Positions 51,301 through 61,400 of a DNA stretch of 64,000 nt are shown here, piece after piece (the stretch's first letter is position 1; each line of letters begins with the position of its first letter). The notes beneath the pieces were generated by a model that had not been told where the DNA came from, ran no database searches, and saw only the letters and a list, made by a program, of their open reading frames with translations. This stretch comes from the human T2T-CHM13v2.0 reference genome, Homo sapiens, in NCBI RefSeq assembly GCF_009914755.1, contig NC_060939.1. One strand, 5' to 3'. Made by a program: the position numbers and the translations under genes.

Positions 51301-54300
51301 CACATACTACAAAAAGAGTGTTTCAAACCTGCTCTATGATAGGGAATGTTGAAACCTATGAGTTGAATGCAAGCATTACAAAGAGGTTTCTGAGAATGCT
51401 TCTGTCTAGATTTTATATGTAGATATTCCCGTTTCCAACGAAATCCTCAAAGCTATCCAAATATCAACTTGCAGATTCTACAAAAGGAATGTTTCCAAAA
51501 TGCTGTATCCAAACAAAGGTTCAACTCTGTGAATTGAGGGCATACATCACAAAGAAGATTCTGAGAATGCTTCTGTCTAGATTTTATATGAAAATATTCC
51601 CGTTTCCAACGAAATCCTCAAAGCTATCCAAATATCCACTTGCAAATGCCACAAAAAGAGTGTTTCCAAACTGCTCTGTGAAAAGGAAGGTTCAACTCTG
51701 TTAGTTGAGTACACACATCACAAAGAGGTTTCTGAGAATGCTGCTGACTAGTTTTTATTTGAAGATATTTCCCTTTTCACCTTAGGCCTAAGAGTGCTCG
51801 AAATGTCCATTTCCACATACTCCACAAAGTGTGTTTCAAACGTGCTGTATGAAAGGGAATGTTCAACTCTATGAGTTGAATGCAAACATCACAAAGAAGA
51901 TTCTGAGAATGCTTTTGTCTAGATTTTATATGAAGATATTCCCGTGTCCAACGAAATTTTCAAAGGTCTCCAAATAAAGATTGTTTCCAAACTGCTGTAT
52001 CAAAACAAAGGTTGAACTCTGTGAGTTGAGGACACACATCACAAATAAGTTTCTGAGAATGCTTCTGTCTAGTTTTTATTTGAAGATGTTTCCTTTTTCA
52101 CCATAGGCCTGAAAGCGCTCGAAATGTCCACTTCCAGATAGTACAGAAAGAGTGTTTCAAACCTGCTCTATGAACGGGAATGTTCAGCTCTGTGAGTTGA
52201 ATGCAAACATCACAAAGCAGGTTCTGAGAATGCTTCCGTCTAGATTTTAAATGAGGATATTCCCGTTTCCAACGAAATCCTCGAAGCTATCCAAATATCC
52301 ACTTGCAGATTCCACAAAAAGAGTGTTTCAAAACTGCTCTGTCAAAAGATAGGTTCAACTCTGTTAGTTGAGTACACACATGGCAAACAAGATTGCGAGA
52401 ATGCTTTCGTCTAGTTTTTTTGGGAAGATATTTCCTTCTTCACCATAGGCCTCAAAGCGCTCCAAATATCCATTTCCACATGCTATACAAAGAGTGTCTC
52501 AAACCTGCTGTATGAATGGGAATGTTCAACTCTATGAGTTGAATGCAAACATCACAAAGAAGTTTCTGAGAATGCTGCTGTCTAGATTTTATATGAAGGT
52601 TTTCCCGCTTCCAACGAAATTTTCAATGCTCTCAAAATATCCTCTTGTAGATTCTACAAAAAGAGTGTTTCCAAACTGCTGTATCAAAACAAAGGTTCAT
52701 CTCTGTTAGTTGAGGACACACATCACAAATAAGTTTCTGAGAATGCTTCTGTCTAGTTCTTATTTGAAGACATTTCCTTTCTCACCTTAGGCCTGAAAGC
52801 GCTCGAAATACCCACTTCCAGATACTACAGAAACAGTGATTCAAACCTGCTCTATGAAAGGGAATGTTCAACTATGTGACTTGAATGCAAACATCACAAA
52901 GCAGTTTCTGAGAATGCTGCTGTCTACTTTCTATTTGTAATCCCGTTTCCAACGAAATCCTCAGAACTATCGAAATTTCCAATTGCAGATTCCACAGAAA
53001 CAGGGTTTCAAAGCTGCTCTGTAAAAAGAAAGGTTCAACTCTGTTAGTTGAATACACACGTCACAAACAAGTTTCTGAGAATGCTTCTGTCTAGTTTTTA
53101 TGGGAAGATATTTCCTTTTTCACCGTAGGCCTCAAAGCGCTCCAAATGTCCACTTCCACATACTACAAAAAGAGTGTTTCAAACCTGCTGTATGAAAGGG
53201 AATGTTCAACTCTATGAGTTGAATGCAAACATTACAAAGAAGTTTCTGAGAATGCTTCTGTCTAGATTTTATATGAAGGTTTTCCCGTTTCCAACGAAAT
53301 TTTCAATGCTCTCAAAATATCCACTTGTAGATTCTACAAAAAGAGTGTTTCCAAACTGCTGTGTCAAAAGAAAGGTTCAACTCTGTTAGTTGAGGACACA
53401 CATCACAAATAAGTTTCTGAGAATGCTTCTGTCTAGTTCTTATTTGAAGACATTTCCTTTCTCACCTTAGGCCTGAAAACGCTCGAAATATCCACTTCCA
53501 GATACGACAGAAACAGTGATTCAAACCTGCTCTATGAAAGGGAATGTTCAACTAGGTGACTTGAATGCAAACATCACAAAGCAGTTTCTGAGAATGCTGC
53601 TGTCTACTTTCTATTTGTAATCCCGTTTCCAACGAAATCCTCAGAACTATCGAAATTTCCAATTGCAGATTCCACAAAAAGCGTGTTTCAAAGCTGCTCT
53701 GTAAAAAGAAAGGTTCAACTCTGTTAGTTGAATACACACGTCACAAACAAGTTTCTGAGAATGCTTCTGTCTAGTTTTTATGGGAAGATATTTCCTTTTT
53801 CACCGTAGGCCTCAAAGCGCTCCAAATGTCCACTTCCACATACTACAAAAAGAGTGTTTCAAACCTGCTCTATGATAGGGAATGTTGAAACGTATGAGTT
53901 GAATGCAAGCATTACAAAGAGGTTTCTGAGAATGCTTCTGTCTAGATTTTATATGTAGATATTCCCGTTTCCAACGAAATCCTCAAAGCTATCCAAATAT
54001 CAACTTGCAGATTCTACAAAAGGAATGTTTCCAAAATGCTGTATCCAAACAAAGGTTCAACTCTGTGAATTGAGGGCATACATCACAAAGAAGATTCTGA
54101 GAATGCTTCTGTCTAGATTTTATATGAAAATATTCCCGTTTCCAACGAAATCCTCAAAGCTATCCAAATATCCACTTGCAAATGCCACAAAAAGAGTGTT
54201 TCCAAACTGCTCTGTGAAAAGGAAGGTTCAACTCTGTTAGTTGAGTACACACATCACAAAGAGGTTTCTGAGAATGCTGCTGACTAGTTTTTATTTGAAG

Positions 54301-57300
54301 ATATTTCCCTTTTCACCTTAGGCCTAAGAGTGCTCGAAATGTCCATTTCCACATACTCCACAAAGTGTGTTTCAAACGTGCTGTATGAAAGGGAATGTTC
54401 AACTCTATGAGTTGAATGCAAACATCACAAAGAAGATTCTGAGAATGCTTTTGTCTAGATTTTATATGAAGATATTCCCGTGTCCAACGAAATTTTCAAA
54501 GGTCTCCAAATATCCATTTGTAGATTCTACAAAAAGAGTGTTTCCAAACTGCTGTATCAAAACAAAGGTTGAACTCTGTGAGTTGAGGACACACATCACA
54601 AATAAGTTTCTGAGAATGCTTCTGTCTAGTTTTTATTTGAAGATGTTTCCTTTTTCACCATAGGCCTGAAAGCGCTCGAAATGTCCACTTCCAGATAGTA
54701 CAGAAAGAGTGTTTCAAACCTGCTCTATGAACGGGAATGTTCAGCTCTGTGAGTTGAATGCAAACATCACAAAGCAGGTTCTGAGAATGCTTCCGTCTAG
54801 ATTTTAAATGAGGATATTCCCGTTTCCAACGAAATCCTCGAAGCTATCCAAATATCCACTTGCAGATTCCACAAAAAGAGTGTTTCAAAACTGCTCTGTC
54901 AAAAGATAGGTTCAACTCTGTTAGTTGAGTACACACATGGCAAACAAGATTGCGAGAATGCTTTCGTCTAGTTTTTTTGGGAAGATATTTCCTTCTTCAC
55001 CATAGGCCTCAAAGCGCTCCAAATATCCATTTCCACATGCTATACAAAGAGTGTCTCAAACCTGCTGTATGAATGGGAATGTTCAACTCTATGAGTTGAA
55101 TGCAAACATCACAAAGAAGTTTCTGAGAATGCTGCTGTCTAGATTTTATATGAAGGTTTTCCCGCTTCCAACGAAATTTTCAATGCTCTCAAAATATCCT
55201 CTTGTAGATTCTACAAAAAGAGTGTTTCCAAACTGCTGTATCAAAACAAAGGTTCATCTCTGTTAGTTGAGGACACACATCACAAATAAGTTTCTGAGAA
55301 TGCTTCTGTCTAGTTCTTATTTGAAGACATTTCCTTTCTCACCTTAGGCCTGAAAGCGCTCGAAATACCCACTTCCAGATACTACAGAAACAGTGATTCA
55401 AACCTGCTCTATGAAAGGGAATGTTCAACTATGTGACTTGAATGCAAACATCACAAAGCAGTTTCTGAGAATGCTGCTGTCTACTTTCTATTTGTAATCC
55501 CGTTTCCAACGAAATCCTCAGAACTATCGAAATTTCCAATTGCAGATTCCACAGAAACAGGGTTTCAAAGCTGCTCTGTAAAAAGAAAGGTTCAACTCTG
55601 TTAGTTGAATACACACGTCACAAACAAGTTTCTGAGAATGCTTCTGTCTAGTTTTTATGGGAAGATATTTCCTTTTTCACCGTAGGCCTCAAAGCGCTCC
55701 AAATGTCCACTTCCACATACTACAAAAAGAGTGTTTCAAACCTGCTCTATGATAGGGAATGTTGAAACCTATGAGTTGAATGCAAGCATTACAAAGAGGT
55801 TTCTGAGAATGCTTCTGTCTAGATTTTATATGTAGATATTCCCGTTTCCAACGAAATCCTCAAAGCTATCCAAATATCAACTTGCAGATTCTACAAAAGG
55901 AATGTTTCCAAAATGCTGTATCCAAACAAAGGTTCAACTCTGTGAATTGAGGGCATACATCACAAAGAAGATTCTGAGAATGCTTCTGTCTAGATTTTAT
56001 ATGAAAATATTCCCGTTTCCAACGAAATCCTCAAAGCTATCCAAATATCCACTTGCAAATGCCACAAAAAGAGTGTTTCCAAACTGCTCTGTGAAAAGGA
56101 AGGTTCAACTCTGTTAGTTGAGTACACACATCACAAAGAGGTTTCTGAGAATGCTGCTGACTAGTTTTTATTTGAAGATATTTCCCTTTTCACCTTAGGC
56201 CTAAGAGTGCTCGAAATGTCCATTTCCACATACTCCACAAAGTGTGTTTCAAACGTGCTGTATGAAAGGGAATGTTCAACTCTATGAGTTGAATGCAAAC
56301 ATCACAAAGAAGACTCTGAGAATGCTTTTGTCTAGATTTTATATGAAGATATTCCCGTGTCCAACGAAATTTTCAAAGGTCTCCAAATAAAGATTGTTTC
56401 CAAACTGCTGTATCAAAACAAAGGTTGAACTCTGTGAGTTGAGGACACACATCACAAATAAGTTTCTGAGAATGCTTCTGTCTAGTTTTTATTTGAAGAT
56501 GTTTCCTTTTTCACCATAGGCCTGAAAGCGCTCGAAATGTCCACTTCCAGATAGTACAGAAAGAGTGTTTCAAACCTGCTCTATGAACGGGAATGTTCAG
56601 CTCTGTGAGTTGAATGCAAACATCACAAAGCAGGTTCTGAGAATGCTTCCGTCTAGATTTTAAATGAGGATATTCCCGTTTCCAACGAAATCCTCGAAGC
56701 TATCCAAATATCCACTTGCAGATTCCACAAAAAGAGTGTTTCAAAACTGCTCTGTCAAAAGATAGGTTCAACTCTGTTAGTTGAGTACACACATGGCAAA
56801 CAAGATTGCGAGAATGCTTTCGTCTAGTTTTTTTGGGAAGATATTTCCTTCTTCACCATAGGCCTCAAAGCGCTCCAAATATCCATTTCCACATGCTATA
56901 CAAAGAGTGTCTCAAACCTGCTGTATGAATGGGAATGTTCAACTCTATGAGTTGAATGCAAACATCACAAAGAAGTTTCTGAGAATGCTGCTGTCTAGAT
57001 TTTATATGAAGGTTTTCCCGCTTCCAACGAAATTTTCAATGCTCTCAAAATATCCTCTTGTAGATTCTACAAAAAGAGTGTTTCCAAACTGCTGTATCAA
57101 AACAAAGGTTCATCTCTGTTAGTTGAGGACACACATCACAAATAAGTTTCTGAGAATGCTTCTGTCTAGTTCTTATTTGAAGACATTTCCTTTCTCACCT
57201 TAGGCCTGAAAGCGCTCGAAATACCCACTTCCAGATACTACAGAAACAGTGATTCAAACCTGCTCTATGAAAGGGAATGTTCAACTATGTGACTTGAATG

Positions 57301-58437
57301 CAAACATCACAAAGCAGTTTCTGAGAATGCTGCTGTCTACTTTCTATTTGTAATCCCGTTTCCAACGAAATCCTCAGAACTATCGAAATTTCCAATTGCA
57401 GATTCCACAGAAACAGGGTTTCAAAGCTGCTCTGTAAAAAGAAAGGTTCAACTCTGTTAGTTGAATACACACGTCACAAACAAGTTTCTGAGAATGCTTC
57501 TGTCTAGTTTTTATGGGAAGATATTTCCTTTTTCACCGTAGGCCTCAAAGCGCTCCAAATGTCCACTTCCACATACTACAAAAAGAGTGTTTCAAACCTG
57601 CTGTATGAAAGGGAATGTTCAACTCTATGAGTTGAATGCAAACATTACAAAGAAGTTTCTGAGAATGCTTCTGTCTAGATTTTATATGAAGGTTTTCCCG
57701 TTTCCAACGAAATTTTCAATGCTCTCAAAATATCCACTTGTAGATTCTACAAAAAGAGTGTTTCCAAACTGCTGTGTCAAAAGAAAGGTTCAACTCTGTT
57801 AGTTGAGGACACACATCACAAATAAGTTTCTGAGAATGCTTCTGTCTAGTTCTTATTTGAAGACATTTCCTTTCTCACCTTAGGCCTGAAAACGCTCGAA
57901 ATATCCACTTCCAGATACGACAGAAACAGTGATTCAAACCTGCTCTATGAAAGGGAATGTTCAACTAGGTGACTTGAATGCAAACATCACAAAGCAGTTT
58001 CTGAGAATGCTGCTGTCTACTTTCTATTTGTAATCCCGTTTCCAACGAAATCCTCAGAACTATCGAAATTTCCAATTGCAGATTCCACAAAAAGCGTGTT
58101 TCAAAGCTGCTCTGTAAAAAGAAAGGTTCAACTCTGTTAGTTGAATACACACGTCACAAACAAGTTTCTGAGAATGCTTCTGTCTAGTTTTTATGGGAAG
58201 ATATTTCCTTTTTCACCGTAGGCCTCAAAGCGCTCCAAATGTCCACTTCCACATACTACAAAAAGAGTGTTTCAAACCTGCTCTATGATAGGGAATGTTG
58301 AAACGTATGAGTTGAATGCAAGCATTACAAAGAGGTTTCTGAGAATGCTTCTGTCTAGATTTTATATGTAGATATTCCCGTTTCCAACGAAATCCTCAAA
58401 GCTATCCAAATATCAACTTGCAGATTCTACAAAAGGA
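36330..58437 (-). repeat. Five alternating 11-mer/15-mer pairs (26-monomer macro-repeat)
   Basis: Pair lengths 4434, 4435, 4413, 4413, 4413 (pair starts 36330, 40764, 45199, 49612, 54025; next marker at 58438). Confidence 0.9.
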
Positions 58438-61400
58438 ATGTTTCCAAAATGCTGTATCCAAACAAAGGTTCAACTCTGTGAATTGAGGGCATACATCACA
58501 AAGAAGATTCTGAGAATGCTTCTGTCTAGATTTTATATGAAAATATTCCCGTTTCCAACGAAATCCTCAAAGCTATCCAAATATCCACTTGCAAATGCCA
58601 CAAAAAGAGTGTTTCCAAACTGCTCTGTGAAAAGGAAGGTTCAACTCTGTTAGTTGAGTACACACATCACAAAGAGGTTTCTGAGAATGCTGCTGACTAG
58701 TTTTTATTTGAAGATATTTCCCTTTTCACCTTAGGCCTAAGAGTGCTCGAAATGTCCATTTCCACATACTCCACAAAGTGTGTTTCAAACGTGCTGTATG
58801 AAAGGGAATGTTCAACTCTATGAGTTGAATGCAAACATCACAAAGAAGATTCTGAGAATGCTTTTGTCTAGATTTTATATGAAGATATTCCCGTGTCCAA
58901 CGAAATTTTCAAAGGTCTCCAAATATCCATTTGTAGATTCTACAAAAAGAGTGTTTCCAAACTGCTGTATCAAAACAAAGGTTGAACTCTGTGAGTTGAG
59001 GACACACATCACAAATAAGTTTCTGAGAATGCTTCTGTCTAGTTTTTATTTGAAGATGTTTCCTTTTTCACCATAGGCCTGAAAGCGCTCGAAATGTCCA
59101 CTTCCAGATAGTACAGAAAGAGTGTTTCAAACCTGCTCTATGAACGGGAATGTTCAGCTCTGTGAGTTGAATGCAAACATCACAAAGCAGGTTCTGAGAA
59201 TGCTTCCGTCTAGATTTTAAATGAGGATATTCCCGTTTCCAACGAAATCCTCGAAGCTATCCAAATATCCACTTGCAGATTCCACAAAAAGAGTGTTTCA
59301 AAACTGCTCTGTCAAAAGATAGGTTCAACTCTGTTAGTTGAGTACACACATGGCAAACAAGATTGCGAGAATGCTTTCGTCTAGTTTTTTTGGGAAGATA
59401 TTTCCTTCTTCACCATAGGCCTCAAAGCGCTCCAAATATCCATTTCCACATGCTATACAAAGAGTGTCTCAAACCTGCTGTATGAATGGGAATGTTCAAC
59501 TCTATGAGTTGAATGCAAACATCACAAAGAAGTTTCTGAGAATGCTGCTGTCTAGATTTTATATGAAGGTTTTCCCGCTTCCAACGAAATTTTCAATGCT
59601 CTCAAAATATCCTCTTGTAGATTCTACAAAAAGAGTGTTTCCAAACTGCTGTATCAAAACAAAGGTTCATCTCTGTTAGTTGAGGACACACATCACAAAT
59701 AAGTTTCTGAGAATGCTTCTGTCTAGTTCTTATTTGAAGACATTTCCTTTCTCACCTTAGGCCTGAAAACGCTCGAAATATCCACTTCCAGATACGACAG
59801 AAACTGTGATTCAAACCTGCTCTATGAAAGGGAATGTTCAACTAGGTGACTTGAATGCAAACATCACAAAGCAGTTTCTGAGAATGCTGCTGTCTACTTT
59901 CTATTTGTAATCCCGTTTCCAACGAAATCCTCAGAACTATCGAAATTTCCAATTGCAGATTCCACAGAAACAGGGTTTCAAAGCTGCTCTGTAAAAAGAA
60001 AGGTTCAACTCTGTTAGTTGAATACACACGTCACAAACAAGTTTCTGAGAATGCTTCTGTCTAGTTTTTATGGGAAGATATTTCCTTTTTCACCGTAGGC
60101 CTCAAAGCGCTCCAAATGTCCACTTCCACATACTACAAAAAGAGTGTTTCAAACCTGCTGTATGAAAGGGAATGTTCAACTCTATGAGTTGAATGCAAAC
60201 ATTACAAAGAAGTTTCTGAGAATGCTTCTGTCTAGATTTTATATGAAGGTTTTCCCGTTTCCAACGAAATTTTCAATGCTCTCAAAATATCCACTTGTAG
60301 ATTCTACAAAAAGAGTGTTTCCAAACTGCTGTGTCAAAAGAAAGGTTCAACTCTGTTAGTTGAGGACACACATCACAAATAAGTTTCTGAGAATGCTTCT
60401 GTCTAGTTCTTATTTGAAGACATTTCCTTTCTCACCTTAGGCCTGAAAACGCTCGAAATATCCACTTCCAGATACGACAGAAACAGTGATTCAAACCTGC
60501 TCTATGAAAGGGAATGTTCAACTAGGTGACTTGAATGCAAACATCACAAAGCAGTTTCTGAGAATGCTGCTGTCTACTTTCTATTTGTAATCCCGTTTCC
60601 AACGAAATCCTCAGAACTATCGAAATTTCCAATTGCAGATTCCACAAAAAGCGTGTTTCAAAGCTGCTCTGTAAAAAGAAAGGTTCAACTCTGTTAGTTG
60701 AATACACACGTCACAAACAAGTTTCTGAGAATGCTTCTGTCTAGTTTTTATGGGAAGATATTTCCTTTTTCACCGTAGGCCTCAAAGCGCTCCAAATGTC
60801 CACTTCCACATACTACAAAAAGAGTGTTTCAAACCTGCTCTATGATAGGGAATGTTGAAACGTATGAGTTGAATGCAAGCATTACAAAGAGGTTTCTGAG
60901 AATGCTTCTGTCTAGATTTTATATGTAGATATTCCCGTTTCCAACGAAATCCTCAAAGCTATCCAAATATCAACTTGCAGATTCTACAAAAGGAATGTTT
61001 CCAAAATGCTGTATCCAAACAAAGGTTCAACTCTGTGAATTGAGGGCATACATCACAAAGAAGATTCTGAGAATGCTTCTGTCTAGATTTTATATGAAAA
61101 TATTCCCGTTTCCAACGAAATCCTCAAAGCTATCCAAATATCCACTTGCAAATGCCACAAAAAGAGTGTTTCCAAACTGCTCTGTGAAAAGGAAGGTTCA
61201 ACTCTGTTAGTTGAGTACACACATCACAAAGAGGTTTCTGAGAATGCTGCTGACTAGTTTTTATTTGAAGATATTTCCCTTTTCACCTTAGGCCTAAGAG
61301 TGCTCGAAATGTCCATTTCCACATACTCCACAAAGTGTGTTTCAAACGTGCTGTATGAAAGGGAATGTTCAACTCTATGAGTTGAATGCAAACATCACAA

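Noticed and set aside
56314-56314. AAGACTCTG allele (also at 7827, 10384, 27215) as evidence of another large duplication from the left domain
   Set aside because: None of the other linked left-domain SNVs accompany it; a short conversion or recurrent mutation is enough to explain it.
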